A stretch of DNA of 64,000 nucleotides from an uncultured Actinomycetes bacterium (GCA_963841735.1 CAWJDT010000001.1:736001-800000), one strand, 5' to 3'; numbered from the stretch's first letter, positions 29,790 through 40,878 are shown. Program-made: numbers and translations. Notes: generated by a model from the sequence alone, not told the origin.

Positions 29790-31538
29790 ATGGATAGCAC
29801 GGCAAGATTCCTCCTGGGGGGAGCACTGGGCGCTGCCCTGGGATTCTTAATATCGCAAAAGAGCCTGGAGAAGGTTCTAAAAGGTACGCAGTCTGCCGGG
29901 GCTCCGACTGTGTTCGGAGGCGGCTCGGGTGCGGCACCGGCCTCAGCACCCGTGACCCCAGAGAGCGTGTTCCGCGCAGTGGCCGCGCCGGTGATAGCGG
30001 CACCTGTTGTTCCGTCCAGACCGGCAGCTGTTCCGGACACGCCGCCGGAGGCTCCAAGTAGGCCCGCGCCTCCAGCACCATGGGTCACGCCGACCCCTAC
30101 TGCCGCCGATACGGCGGCTGAGGCTCCGGTCGCAGGCGAGCCCGCGTGGAGGATCTCCCCCGCGCCGTCGCTCGCTCCCGCTCCCGCGGCCGACCGGGTC
30201 GCCCCGCCGGTCGCTCCCGTGCCACCTATCACCCCTGTGCGCCCTGTCGCTCCCGGGCCCGAATGGGAGCCAGAACCGTCCTATCCTGAGGTATCGCGTC
30301 AGTCGGAGGTCATAGTCACGCGCAGATTCCTCGATGAACCCGTTCCGGGCTCTGGCTGGGGATCCGAGGGGACACCGGCCGTCTCGGAGGAAGGAATCGA
30401 AGACATAGTGCCTTCGGTCTCCGACGTGGTTCTCCCCTACGCGGGACCGGAGATCGAAAGCCTCGCTACTGATGCCAGAGCGAGCCGGCCTAAACTCGTG
30501 TGGCTCGACCCCGCGGGCGAAGCGGCAATCGAGGATCTGTCGACGGTGGCCGAGCCACTGGTAGACGCGCCCGAGGATCTTGTCGCGGAAGTAGCGAAGG
30601 ATCTGATCGCGGAAATGCCGGAGGCACTGGTCGTAGATCTCTCCACCAGCGAAGAAGTCGCATTGAACGATGAAGCTGGGACTGACAACCTGGTCGCCGA
30701 GATCAGCGGGCCCGGGACCACCGAAATCGAGGCGATAGTCAAGAGCACGCCGTTCCCGCGTGGCGGGGCGGGATCACCCGTGGATGAGGAACTGGGGGGT
30801 GAAGGACTGGTCAGTCAGCCCGCGGAGCCTGAACTGGTGTTTCTTGACGATGAAGGCGATGCGGGATCCTTTGAGATGGAAGCGCTGGCCGACACCGCTC
30901 CAGTGGACCCGATGGCTGTTGAGCTGCCTGTGGTTGACGAACCGCTGGAGCTGCCGGTGGAAGAGCTGGAGATCGAGGAGCTGTCCTCCGAAGAGGCGCC
31001 GATCGAGGAGCTGGAGATCGAGGAAACGCTCATCGTAGAGGCCGCGCCGGTTGTCAGCGATGAGCCACCCGCGGGTATCGCGCGCGTTGACGATTTGAAG
31101 TCGCGCATCGAGGAGACGCGCAGGCGCATCCGCCGAGAACTTGAGCAGCCCTTTGACACCGAAGAAGAGGTCCAGGCGGACGAACCCGACTGGACGGTGC
31201 TGCCTGTTGTGCCCGTGGCCACGGTGTCCGCCGACGTGACTCCAGTCGCCGGCGAACTGGAGGCTCCGGCCGTCGAGGCTGAGGTCGAGGTCCCGGAGGT
31301 CGAGGTCATATACCCGGATGAGCCCGAGGAACCCGTAGACTACGAGTCGATGAAGAGTCGCATCGAGCAGACCCGCAGCCGGCTCAAGGCGAAAGCCTTC
31401 GACGCGATGATGACCGGCGAATCGGCCCTGCTGGGGCGCGACGCCGAGGGTTCCGATCGCAACCGGAATGCACCACCGCCGGTTGACATCGAGGTCGACG
31501 AGACCATCGAGACGAGCCTACGCGAGGAAGAGGAATAG
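29790..31538 (+). CDS. Membrane-anchored Pro-rich/acidic, probably disordered protein
   Basis: N-terminal FLLGGALGAALGFL anchor; repeated motif LKSRIEETRRRIR / MKSRIEQTRSRLK near the C-terminus. Confidence 0.7.
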   Translation: MDSTARFLLGGALGAALGFLISQKSLEKVLKGTQSAGAPTVFGGGSGAAPASAPVTPESVFRAVAAPVIAAPVVPSRPAAVPDTPPEAPSRPAPPAPWVTPTPTAADTAAEAPVAGEPAWRISPAPSLAPAPAADRVAPPVAPVPPITPVRPVAPGPEWEPEPSYPEVSRQSEVIVTRRFLDEPVPGSGWGSEGTPAVSEEGIEDIVPSVSDVVLPYAGPEIESLATDARASRPKLVWLDPAGEAAIEDLSTVAEPLVDAPEDLVAEVAKDLIAEMPEALVVDLSTSEEVALNDEAGTDNLVAEISGPGTTEIEAIVKSTPFPRGGAGSPVDEELGGEGLVSQPAEPELVFLDDEGDAGSFEMEALADTAPVDPMAVELPVVDEPLELPVEELEIEELSSEEAPIEELEIEETLIVEAAPVVSDEPPAGIARVDDLKSRIEETRRRIRRELEQPFDTEEEVQADEPDWTVLPVVPVATVSADVTPVAGELEAPAVEAEVEVPEVEVIYPDEPEEPVDYESMKSRIEQTRSRLKAKAFDAMMTGESALLGRDAEGSDRNRNAPPPVDIEVDETIETSLREEEE

Positions 31539-31551
31539 CAGGCTGCCGGTC

Positions 31552-32658
31552 CTAGTGGCCGCCTGGACCGGGCTCGTCTTCGCCGGGGGGAAGGAAGTCT
31601 TCCTCTTGGTGGGCTGCGCGGGGCACGTGTAGTGGCCTGCGGAATAGGTTGCGTAGATCGGTCCAGCCCGCGTCCCGCGATCCTTCCACGATCTCTAGGA
31701 ACCCTTTGACCTTGGCATCCAGATTGTCCACGTGGTGAAGGATCAGCGCTTCGATAGTCGCGGGACGCTTGGGTGAGCCCCACTCCAGCTCTCCGTGGTG
31801 GCTGACGATGCAGTGGAGCAGGAGCTGCAGCTTGTTCTCGGGAAACGGCGACAACTCCCTTGCCTTGTCGGACACCATGGTGACTCCTTGGATGACGTGT
31901 CCCAAGAACCGACCCGCGTCGGTGAAGTCGATGGTGGTTTCAAAAGCCAGCTCCCGAATCTTGCCTACGTCGTGCAGAAGTGCAGCCGTGAGCAGCAGGT
32001 CGCGATCGATGCGGCCGTACTGCTGCCCCACGAACTCACACATATCGGCTACCGCGACGGTGTGCTCCATCAGGCCTCCGAGATAGGCGTGGTGGTACAG
32101 CTTGGCGGCCGGAGCGGTAGTGAAGAGTCGGAACAGCTCGGTGTCGCCGAAGATGGACTGGAGCATGGCTGAGTAGTCCCGGTCGTGCACAGAGTCGATG
32201 TGGAACTGCAGAAAGCCCTTCAGCTCGTCGACGTCGCGGTAGGTGCAGGGCATGAAGTCGCGGGCCTCTGCCGATCCGGCTGGGGCGGCGGTCACTCTGG
32301 TCGCCTCCAGTTGCGGTTTGCCCTGGTAGTCGGTCACTCGGGCACTCACCGCCACCAAGTCGCCCGTCTTCAAGGCGGCGTCCATGGCTTGGACCTCCCA
32401 AACGGTGCAGTCCACCGTTCCGCTGCGATCGCTAACCTTCAGCTTGAGGAACGGTTTGCCCGCCTTGGTGTTGCGGGTCTCCTTGGCCGCCAGGAGGTAG
32501 ACCCCTTCGATCGTGGTGCCGGCTCTGAGGTCGGCCACCGACACGCGCGCCTCCCGGTCTGACCGGGAGGCGCCGCCGCCCGGGGCGGGCCCACAGCTGC
32601 GCCCAGCGGGCGTAGCGAAGTCGAAAGAGCCACCCATATCAAGCTGATTGTCGCTCAC
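31552..32658 (-). CDS. OB-fold plus HD-domain 3'-5' exoribonuclease, YhaM/Cbf1-like
   Basis: TKAGKPFL...DRSG; APAAKLYHHAYLGGLMEH, LLHDVGK, HHG, DNLDAK. Confidence 0.88.
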   Translation of the reverse strand: MSDNQLDMGGSFDFATPAGRSCGPAPGGGASRSDREARVSVADLRAGTTIEGVYLLAAKETRNTKAGKPFLKLKVSDRSGTVDCTVWEVQAMDAALKTGDLVAVSARVTDYQGKPQLEATRVTAAPAGSAEARDFMPCTYRDVDELKGFLQFHIDSVHDRDYSAMLQSIFGDTELFRLFTTAPAAKLYHHAYLGGLMEHTVAVADMCEFVGQQYGRIDRDLLLTAALLHDVGKIRELAFETTIDFTDAGRFLGHVIQGVTMVSDKARELSPFPENKLQLLLHCIVSHHGELEWGSPKRPATIEALILHHVDNLDAKVKGFLEIVEGSRDAGWTDLRNLFRRPLHVPRAAHQEEDFLPPGEDEPGPGGH

Positions 32659-32739
32659 GCGGTCCTCATTCTCTCTGTTCTCTTAAGGTCCAATTGTAGC
32701 CAAGGCTCCGGACACCTGGGCGCCGTCGCGGGCGGTGGG

Positions 32740-34365
32740 TCAGAGGGGAAATAGAAGTGGCGCGCCCTTGGCTCGATGCTTGTACAAGAAGAGAGCCGGG
32801 ATAATGGCCAAGGCGGCTATCACGGCCGCGATGAGGAACAACTCTTGAAAGACATGGTGGAGTGAATCCTCCGTTATGGCTTTGGTGAGCGCTATCTGGA
32901 AGTCAGTCTCGGTCATAGCGGGCGTGCGAGGGACGGTGATGGTCGACAACTCGGCCAACGCATTGAAGCGTCGTACGCCCCAAGCGCTGAGAGCGGAGAG
33001 TCCTACCGCCATGCCGATCATCCGCGACACCGTGACCAAGGCGGAGCCCGTGGCCATCCACCTGGGACCAACTGCGGTGGTGACACTTGCGCCGATGGGC
33101 CCTATCACCATTCCGAATCCGAACCCACTGATGGCGAGATCGACCAGTCTGGTCCAGAAGGCGGGATCGAGCGACCAGCGCGAGATCAGGAAATAGCCCG
33201 CAGCAGCAATCAGGAAGCCCAGCACGCCGGTGATCCTCAGGCCGATGCGGTCGCCCGCCCACCCTCCTACCACCGCACCGATTGCCAGTGGGATCGTCAG
33301 TTGTATGAGGAGCAGCCCCGCCTGCCACTCGGTGAGATCGAAGAGAGTGTAGGCGTAGAGGGGGACCTCCACCATGCCGATGATGAGGGCGGCGCCCAGA
33401 AGGAAGTTAGCTGTATTGGCCGCCGCGAAGGCAGGTTTCTTGAAGAAGTCGAGCCTGATGAGAGGGTGCGGGTGCTTTCGTTCATAGAGGATGAACATCG
33501 TCAGTGCCACGGCGCATACGATCAACCAAGGCCAGTTGACCGGACTGCCCTGGTCGGCGGTGGTGGCATTCGCGGTCTGGGTTCCCGTACCCAGACCGAT
33601 GGTGATGCCGGCAAGAGCCGCAGCCATAAGACCGGCGCCCAGGTAGTCCACCCTCCCGCGTTGCCACCAGCGGAGCGCGGCGCTGTCGGCGGCTGGGGCC
33701 GGGGGCTCGGGAGAGGAGGGTGTCTCGTCGTCCGACGCCGAGATCCGGGCGAGGCTCTTGTCGTGCCTCAAGAGCCGCCAACACATGGCCATCAGAAGCA
33801 GGCTCAGGGGGATGTTCACCATGAAGATCAGACGCCAATACCAGAGCGCGTCGAGTCCCACCCCGTACAGGGGGCCCAGAACACCTCCGGCTTCAGCTAC
33901 CCCGCCCACGATGCCCAGCACCAAGGCCCTGCGGCTCATGGGGAACATATCGGCCGCGGCCGCCATGGCTATGGGGACCAAGGCCCCCCCGCCGGCTGCC
34001 TGGACCACGCGGGCAGCCACGAACAGCCCGAGCTGGTCGAATATCACGCAGAACCCGCTTCCCACCATGAACAGCACCAGGGCCACCATGGTCATGGAGC
34101 GACGTCCACTGACGTCGGCCAGTCGGCCGAACAGCGGCATGGCGACGGTGTAACCGAGCAGATAGGCGGTGATGATCCATCCAGCATCGCCGATGTGCTC
34201 GCTGTCGATACCGAGTGAGAACATGATCTTCTTCATGAGCGTGAGGACCATGGTTTGGTCGAGGGCGGCCACGAACACGGCCAAGCAAAGCGCAACCATG
34301 ACGAGGGCGGCGCTGCGGGGGATCCTTGAGGTTCCGGCCTCTTTTTCGGCCGCCGGCCCGGGCAC
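32740..34365 (-). CDS. 14-TM MFS transporter, Rv1410c/P55-like
   Basis: AVFVAALDQT..., YLLGYTVAMPLFGRLAD, VLGPLYG, SRMIGMAVGLSALSAWG. Confidence 0.85.
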   Translation of the reverse strand: MPGPAAEKEAGTSRIPRSAALVMVALCLAVFVAALDQTMVLTLMKKIMFSLGIDSEHIGDAGWIITAYLLGYTVAMPLFGRLADVSGRRSMTMVALVLFMVGSGFCVIFDQLGLFVAARVVQAAGGGALVPIAMAAAADMFPMSRRALVLGIVGGVAEAGGVLGPLYGVGLDALWYWRLIFMVNIPLSLLLMAMCWRLLRHDKSLARISASDDETPSSPEPPAPAADSAALRWWQRGRVDYLGAGLMAAALAGITIGLGTGTQTANATTADQGSPVNWPWLIVCAVALTMFILYERKHPHPLIRLDFFKKPAFAAANTANFLLGAALIIGMVEVPLYAYTLFDLTEWQAGLLLIQLTIPLAIGAVVGGWAGDRIGLRITGVLGFLIAAAGYFLISRWSLDPAFWTRLVDLAISGFGFGMVIGPIGASVTTAVGPRWMATGSALVTVSRMIGMAVGLSALSAWGVRRFNALAELSTITVPRTPAMTETDFQIALTKAITEDSLHHVFQELFLIAAVIAALAIIPALFLYKHRAKGAPLLFPL

Positions 34366-34367
34366 GG

Positions 34368-35078
34368 TTACAGCGGCGCCTTGATGTCGACGGCCTCGCC
34401 CATCTTGGAGAGGGCGATGCTGCGCCAGGTGCCGTCGACCTCTTTGCTCCCCATAGCCCCTATGAGGTCGACCTCGCGGAGAAGGCCGTCGTCGACGCCC
34501 ACCCAGATGTCGGTCTCGAATAGCTTGGTGGCCTCGACCGATCCGGCGATCGCCTGGACTTCAGCGCCCGCCACCATACCGTTGATGTGATAGCACTGCA
34601 CCCCGTCCTTCTTGTCCGTGCCTTGGTAAGACGTCTGGGTGATCTGGTCAAGGATACGGATGGAGAAAGCTGAGAGGTTCAGGGCGCCTATCGGGCTCTC
34701 CTCAGGCTTCATCGCCTTCCACTTGTTCACTACCGGGTACTTGATGTACTGAGTGTCGGTCATTGCTACGAAGTCGACGTTGACGAGCAGCCCGCCGGCG
34801 ACAAGTTGTACAGTGGCCTCCATGTTTCCTGCGGCGTTGATGTCGCCGTCGACCTTGACGATGCCCCCCCCGACGTTCGCCATGGCTGACTCGGGAGTGT
34901 GGACCTCGTACAAGAAGTGGAACCCGGCGAGGGTCTTCATCTTGGCCGAAGCGTCGGCCAGCACGGCGGTGGCGTCGACGTTCTGGGGCTGGCTCCCACA
35001 GGCTGTCGCGCCAAGCAAGGCGCCGGCGAGCACGGTGGCGACCAACATAGACATCAAGAAGCGCGCAATAGATTTCAT
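34368..35078 (-). CDS. LppX/LprAFG family lipoprotein
   Basis: Lipobox ATAC; VLADASAKMKTLAGFHF; DGVQCYHING; DIWVGVDDGLLR; C-terminal VDIKAP. Confidence 0.75.
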   Translation of the reverse strand: MKSIARFLMSMLVATVLAGALLGATACGSQPQNVDATAVLADASAKMKTLAGFHFLYEVHTPESAMANVGGGIVKVDGDINAAGNMEATVQLVAGGLLVNVDFVAMTDTQYIKYPVVNKWKAMKPEESPIGALNLSAFSIRILDQITQTSYQGTDKKDGVQCYHINGMVAGAEVQAIAGSVEATKLFETDIWVGVDDGLLREVDLIGAMGSKEVDGTWRSIALSKMGEAVDIKAPL

Positions 35079-35198
35079 ACGCCCATTATGAATGGTGGCC
35101 GAAACCTGCACAAGCCACGCGCGGTGCGTCGGCGGCGGAGTCTGCCGCTTGATACAATGGAAACGCGGTGCTGACCTCCACCGACACAGAGGAAGTCG

Positions 35199-35672
35199 AT
35201 GACGCCTGAAAACCGACACGCGCATCCCAACTATGCCTCGGGCGAAGACTATGTTCTTGAGTTCCGCAGCTTCAAGTACGGGTTCAACAGCGTGGATTTT
35301 GCTCAACGGGCGGAGATGGCAGCGATCGAGTTGGGGCTCATCGAGGAGCGCGGATTGCGCCAAGACGAATGCGCCGACCTGGTGCAACTCGTGGCAGGCG
35401 GCAGCATCGAGTTCCCGGTGAGTTCTCTTGGTGAGTACCTTATCCAGAAGGGCAAAGAGGTGCTCAGTCTGAACGGGGAGAGTCTGGTCTATTGGCTTCG
35501 TGAGCTGGTGTTCCGCGGCGCCTGGCTGGACCTTCGCCTCCTCGAGGGTCAATTGGAGGTCACCTACGACGCGGAGGCTGGCGACTTCGCTTACTTCCCG
35601 GCGGGTCATCGCTCGCGCCGCATCGGTCCGCCACCGCATCCTTCCTGGCGCGAGGTGGCATACACCCGCTGA
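35199..35672 (+). CDS. Hypothetical protein
   Basis: RBS AGAGGA; protein-like composition. Confidence 0.65.
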   Translation: MTPENRHAHPNYASGEDYVLEFRSFKYGFNSVDFAQRAEMAAIELGLIEERGLRQDECADLVQLVAGGSIEFPVSSLGEYLIQKGKEVLSLNGESLVYWLRELVFRGAWLDLRLLEGQLEVTYDAEAGDFAYFPAGHRSRRIGPPPHPSWREVAYTR

Positions 35673-35680
35673 AGGATTTC

Positions 35681-36028
35681 ATGCCGTCATGTTCGTCGCA
35701 GTCCCTGCGTTTGGTTTTCAAGCGGACTTTTGCTGCGTACTTTGTAGAACTTCTCTCCCCCGGTATCGCGGATCCCACCGAGGCGTTCGCGGCCTGTCGC
35801 GCGTATCTCGGCTCGCTTTGGGAGCAGCTGGGCCCCGGTGAGTTCATGGACCGGCTCGACGACGAGACCACTCACTTGACCGGTCAGGTGGAGCAGGACC
35901 TGCGGCAGCGGTTCCGAGGACAGGACCCTCAGCCCGACTACACCGACCTAGAGGACCGACTTAGGGAGTGTTTTGAGTACGGGCTTTCGCAAATTGACAC
36001 GGCACATACTCGGATGCAGGTAGAATAG
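35681..36028 (+). CDS. Hypothetical protein
   Basis: RBS AAGGA, 8 nt after the previous gene. Confidence 0.6.
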   Translation: MPSCSSQSLRLVFKRTFAAYFVELLSPGIADPTEAFAACRAYLGSLWEQLGPGEFMDRLDDETTHLTGQVEQDLRQRFRGQDPQPDYTDLEDRLRECFEYGLSQIDTAHTRMQVE

Positions 36029-36034
36029 CCGGTC

Positions 36035-36730
36035 ATGATGAGCTTCTTCCAAGACTGGCTCCGTCCTCTTCTTGAGGACCACGGCTTACTTATCGTCTTC
36101 CTGACGATGGTAGCGGAGAGTGCATGCATCCCCATTCCCAGCGAGATCGTGGTCCCCTACGGGGGCTTTCTGGCTGCCACCGGGCACACACAGTTGTGGG
36201 CGGTGATAGCGGTGGCGACTGCCGCGAACGTAGTTGGATCGGGCATCGCCTACGGGGCGGGGCGTTACGGGGGCCGGGCTCTCTTTCTCAAGTACGGGCG
36301 CTACGTGCTCGTCCGCCCGCACCACCTCGACAAGGCCGATCTTTGGTTCGAGAAGCGGGGTCAGATGACGGTCTTCTTCACGCGCATGATGCCTGGCGTG
36401 CGCACCTTCATCTCTCTGCCCGCGGGGATAGCCAAGATGCCTGTGGGCAAATTCTTCTTGTTCTCCCTTTTGGGCTCGATCCCCTGGAACGCTGCTCTGG
36501 CATACCTGGGCTACGCAGCGGGCAAGGCGGCCGGAGGGGAAGAAGCCGATTGGACCAAGCTGCAGGAGCAGTTTGGTCGCTACAATCACATCTTCTACAT
36601 CGTGCTCGGCGCGGTGGTGCTGGCTTTGATCGTTTGGGCGGTGTGGCGTTGGCGCGGCCGCCGCAAGCGGGCCGCCGAAACAACGGCAGAGACCGCGCCG
36701 TCGGCGGACCGGGAATCGTCGGGGCAGTAG
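36035..36730 (+). CDS. DedA family membrane protein
   Basis: ESACIPIPSEIVVPYGG, FFTRMMPGVRTFISLPAG. Confidence 0.92.
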   Translation: MMSFFQDWLRPLLEDHGLLIVFLTMVAESACIPIPSEIVVPYGGFLAATGHTQLWAVIAVATAANVVGSGIAYGAGRYGGRALFLKYGRYVLVRPHHLDKADLWFEKRGQMTVFFTRMMPGVRTFISLPAGIAKMPVGKFFLFSLLGSIPWNAALAYLGYAAGKAAGGEEADWTKLQEQFGRYNHIFYIVLGAVVLALIVWAVWRWRGRRKRAAETTAETAPSADRESSGQ

Positions 36731-36786
36731 GAAGAACTGTGGAGTAGAGTCGTAGCCCGTGGCCGGCGGAGATGCGCGACGGACTC

Positions 36787-37563
36787 TTAGGAAAGCACCT
36801 TGGAGAGGAAGAGCTTCGTGCGCTCTTCGCGTGGATCGACCAACACCTCGCTCGGCGGCCCTTGCTCGACGATGACCCCGCCGTCGATGAGAGCGACCGC
36901 GTCCGCCACTTCTTTGGCGAAGCCTATCTCGTGAGTGACCACGACCATGGTCATGCCCTCCCGAGCTAGCTCCTTCATGACGTCAAGCACTTCCCCGACC
37001 AATTCCGGGTCGAGTGCGGATGTCGGCTCATCGAAGAGCATGAGTTTCGGTTTCATCGCCAAGGCACGGGCGATAGCCAATCTTTGCTGTTGCCCGCCTG
37101 AAAGCTGGGCCGGATAGACATCGAGCTTGTCCTGCAGACCCACGCGGGTGAGCAGGACCTCGGCATCGACCTCAGCCTGTTTGCGCGGAACCCGGCGAAC
37201 CTGGCACGGCGCCTCCATCACGTTCTGGATAGCGGTCATATGGGGGAAGAGATTGAAGCGCTGGAAGACCATGCCGATGTTGGCGCGTTGCCGGGCGACA
37301 TCCCGGGGCTTCATCTCGTGCAAGGCGTCGCCCCGTTGCGTGTAGCCCATAAGCTCGCCGTCCACCCACAGGCGGCCTGCATCGATACGCTCAAGGTGGT
37401 TGATGCAGCGGAGTAGGGTCGACTTGCCGCCCCCTGAGGGACCCAGGAATACGATAGTCTGCTGCGGGTAGACCTCAAAGTCGATGCCCTTGAGAACCTG
37501 CAGTCTCCCGAAGGACTTCCACACGTGCTCGGCCTTCACCATGGGCGTAGGGTCAGAAGACAC
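36787..37563 (-). CDS. Polar amino acid ABC transporter ATPase
   Basis: [28 protein letters not shown]. Confidence 0.95.
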   Translation of the reverse strand: MSSDPTPMVKAEHVWKSFGRLQVLKGIDFEVYPQQTIVFLGPSGGGKSTLLRCINHLERIDAGRLWVDGELMGYTQRGDALHEMKPRDVARQRANIGMVFQRFNLFPHMTAIQNVMEAPCQVRRVPRKQAEVDAEVLLTRVGLQDKLDVYPAQLSGGQQQRLAIARALAMKPKLMLFDEPTSALDPELVGEVLDVMKELAREGMTMVVVTHEIGFAKEVADAVALIDGGVIVEQGPPSEVLVDPREERTKLFLSKVLS

Positions 37564-38617
37564 CTGGATCGACCCCCGATCTCCTCTCCAAGCGCTTCAA
37601 GGCGCGCTTCTCGGCCGCCGCCGTCTCCTCGCTCCCGAAACCCTTGCTGAAATATGCCTCAAGGTAGTGTTGGCCGACCGTAAGTACGGTCGTCAAGAAG
37701 AGGTACCAGATGCAGGCTACGAGCAGCAGCGGCATGATAAGGAAGTTCTGGGAGTAGATGATCTGGACATTGGTGAACAGCTCATGAGCCGAGATGGCCG
37801 CCACAAGCGAAGTCGTCTTCAGCATCGAGATGGTCTCGTTGCCCATGGGCGGGACGATGATGCGCATTGCCTGAGGCAAGACAATCCGGCGCATGATCAG
37901 GCTGGGCGACATGCCCAAGGACGCGGCCGACTCGGTCTGGCCCCTGTCAACCGAGATGATGCCGGCTCGGACCAACTCGGCGGAATAGGCGGCTTCATTC
38001 AATCCCAACCCGAGGATCGCGGCGACAAAGATCGGAATCGCCGTGTTGGAGTCGACCGACCAGAGTATGTAATGCGTGAATGGTATGCCAATGGAGAGTG
38101 TCTTATAAAGAAGTGCGAAGAATCCCCAGAAGAATATCTGGACGTAGACCGGGGTGCCTCGGAAGAACCAGATGTAGAAAGAGGAGACGCTCCGGAGAAC
38201 GTAGTTGCTTGAAAGGCGCATGACCGCGAGGATGACGCCACCGACGATGCCGATGATCATCGCGATTACGGTCAGTTCGAGAGTCACCAGTACACCGCGG
38301 AGCACCAGATCCGAGAACAGGTAGTCGCCGACGACCGACCACTTCAGATTGCGGTTCAACGCCAGGGAGATAAGGATAAGCACGAAGGCGATCAAGATGA
38401 CGACCGAGGCGATCCAGCGGCCCCAGTGGCGTATGGGGATGGCTTTGATGGCTTCAGGTCGCTCCGCGCGGATGCCGCCGCCGCGGTTGTGCACAGTCGC
38501 GGGTGGCAAGGAGCCGGCAGGTAGAGGCTGTTCGGGCGCCGAGCGCGGCCCTATGGCCACGCGGTCGGCGCCCGACGAGATAGATCTGCTCTCGCGTGTT
38601 TTCCTACGCAATTGCAC
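37553..38617 (-). CDS. Polar amino acid ABC transporter permease (start uncertain)
   Basis: [34 protein letters not shown]. Confidence 0.9.
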   Translation of the reverse strand: MQLRRKTRESRSISSGADRVAIGPRSAPEQPLPAGSLPPATVHNRGGGIRAERPEAIKAIPIRHWGRWIASVVILIAFVLILISLALNRNLKWSVVGDYLFSDLVLRGVLVTLELTVIAMIIGIVGGVILAVMRLSSNYVLRSVSSFYIWFFRGTPVYVQIFFWGFFALLYKTLSIGIPFTHYILWSVDSNTAIPIFVAAILGLGLNEAAYSAELVRAGIISVDRGQTESAASLGMSPSLIMRRIVLPQAMRIIVPPMGNETISMLKTTSLVAAISAHELFTNVQIIYSQNFLIMPLLLVACIWYLFLTTVLTVGQHYLEAYFSKGFGSEETAAAEKRALKRLERRSGVDPGVF

Positions 38618-38639
38618 CGGGATGAGATCCGCTTCGCGT

Positions 38640-39593
38640 CTACTCGCCCGAGTCGGTGCCCTGGTTTATCTCAGCCGAGGCCACAGGCAGGAGACCGTAG
38701 TGTTCAATGATCGTGGCGTATGTGCCGTTGTCGATCAAGACCTGTAGGGCCTGCTGAAGCGCGTCACGCAGTTGGGTGTTGTCTTTGAGCACCGGGATGC
38801 CGACGATTTGAGGCAGATAGCCGTTTGGATTATCTGGATCGGTGATGACCTCGAACACGGACCCGGCTTCGGTCTCGGCAGCTATATACGCCGCGGTTGA
38901 GTGGTCGGTGAGGTCGCAGGACGTTCTGCCGCTCTGCAGAGCTGTCAGTGCAGTCGGTTGATCGTCGTATTGGTTGATGGTCATCTGTTCTTTGCCGTCG
39001 CTCTTGAACTGTTCGTTCAAGTTCTCGAGCACGACAGCCTGGGTCGTCCCTCTCTCGCACCCTACTGTCTTACCGGCAAGGCTGTCGAGTCCGACCAGCC
39101 CCTCAGGGTTGCCCTTGAGGACCAGTAGAGACGTGCCGTCCCAAGCGTAGTCGACGAAGTCGGCGTCGTTTCTACGCTTCAGGTTGTCGTACAAGTCCGA
39201 CATGGCGATGTCGTTCTTGCCGGCCTGCATTGACGGGATGCAGCTGTCGAATGCAGTCAGGACGAACTCGAACTTCACCCCCAGCACTGCTGCCAGCGCC
39301 TGTCCGAGGTCATAGTCGAAGCCGGTGAGCTGATCGGTGTCGCCTACGTACATCTCCCACGGCGGGTAGGGTATGTCGGAGCCGACCTTCACTCCATCGG
39401 TCTTGTACTTCTCGGGCAGATTGGCGCTGATGGTCGCGTCGGCCGGGATGCCGGCCACTATCGTGTTGATGTCGTATCCGGTCGCCGCGGCTGTTGTCGT
39501 CGTGGCCTCGTCGCCCCCACCGCACGCAGCGGCGAAAGACATGAGAGCCAATGTTGTGACCAGCAGCGTCACCAGTAGAAGCCACTTCTTCAC
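38640..39593 (-). CDS. Amino acid ABC substrate-binding lipoprotein
   Basis: Lipobox AAAC; GSDIPYPPWE, GFDYDL. Confidence 0.9.
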   Translation of the reverse strand: MKKWLLLVTLLVTTLALMSFAAACGGGDEATTTTAAATGYDINTIVAGIPADATISANLPEKYKTDGVKVGSDIPYPPWEMYVGDTDQLTGFDYDLGQALAAVLGVKFEFVLTAFDSCIPSMQAGKNDIAMSDLYDNLKRRNDADFVDYAWDGTSLLVLKGNPEGLVGLDSLAGKTVGCERGTTQAVVLENLNEQFKSDGKEQMTINQYDDQPTALTALQSGRTSCDLTDHSTAAYIAAETEAGSVFEVITDPDNPNGYLPQIVGIPVLKDNTQLRDALQQALQVLIDNGTYATIIEHYGLLPVASAEINQGTDSGE

Positions 39594-39824
39594 GTATATT
39601 CCCTCCTAGTTCTGGATGCCGTGCCGGATGAGGGCAGATACCCGAAGGTCAGCCCACTCGCATCCGCCCACGATGGCACATAAGTTATCGCTATTGATAT
39701 CACAGACTCTCCCCGACCACGCGGATTCGTTTCTCACGAGCGCTCGTGAGAAGCTGGGTGATCGGGGAGAAAATTGCCGGGAAACAACTCCGCCGGCTGT
39801 AGGTTTCAAGCAGCGAACCACGGG

Positions 39825-40731
39825 CTAGCCGGCGTCTATGCCCCACTTGGCACAGATCTTGTCGTACACACCCTCGGCGCGTAACTCCGCGAGGGCAGCG
39901 TTCAGGGCAGTCAGAAGGGCGGTGTCTGCTTTTCTGGTTCCATAACCATAGCCAGAATTGGTGGCGAGTATTCCCGTGTTGGCAAGTGTGGCCTTGAGGT
40001 TAGCGTCGTTAGCAAGGATGTAGTTGCTCACGATCGTCCTCGGTCACAACAGCCTGGATCTTGCCGGCGGCGAGATCGCGAAAGGCTTCGACGATGGTCT
40101 GATAGGGCCTGACTTCACGCACGTCCTCTATGGCCTCGGTTTGCGATTGGCCGATCGTGTCTACCTGCACGCCAACGATCTTGCGGGCCAGACCCGCGGA
40201 ATCGGTGATGGGCGCGCTGATGGGCGCGCTGATGGACAACACGGCGGGGAGGTAAGGTTGCGTGAAACCCACCTCTTCCTGGAGCTCAGGGGTGATGATC
40301 ATGGCCGACATGACCATGTCGAACTCGTTGTTCGCAAGGCCGGGCAGAATATCGTCCAGGGAGGTCTTGTGGATGATCTCCAGGGTCAGACCCAGCTTCT
40401 TCGCCACCGCAGTGCAGAGATCGATGTCGAAACCGACGTAGCTGTCTTTGCCGTTCGAGAACGCCATCGGTGGGAAGGAAGCGTCGGATCCGGCCTGCAG
40501 CGCGCCGGCCTTGAGGGTTGCGGGCGCCTGGATATCGGCGGACTTGGTGGTGGCAGCAATCGCAGCATCTGCGGCGGTGGCAGCCTCACTGCCGGCCACT
40601 GTAGTTGTGGTGGCCGCTTCAGTCGTAGTCGTCTGGCCGGTGGTCGCACAAGCTGTCAATGCAAGCACTGAGATCGACGCCACCATGATGAGAATGGTCA
40701 ACAGGATGCGATTCTTCTTCAACTTCTCCAC
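39825..40731 (-). CDS. Second amino acid ABC substrate-binding lipoprotein, +1 frameshift near 40037
   Basis: Lipobox LTAC; GSDASFPP, GFDIDL; C-terminus LNAALAELRAEGVYDKICAKW in the next frame. Confidence 0.8.
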
Positions 40732-40878
40732 TTCCTGGATTCGGGCTCGGGCGCTGGTTCATACATCAGTGTGCGCGGAGACCACGTGCCCGACTATTGC
40801 GTGATAAAGACCTTCGTAGGATAAATAACACGTTTTGGCCCATCATGTCCAACCCGACGCTATACTTCTCGGTCGACT

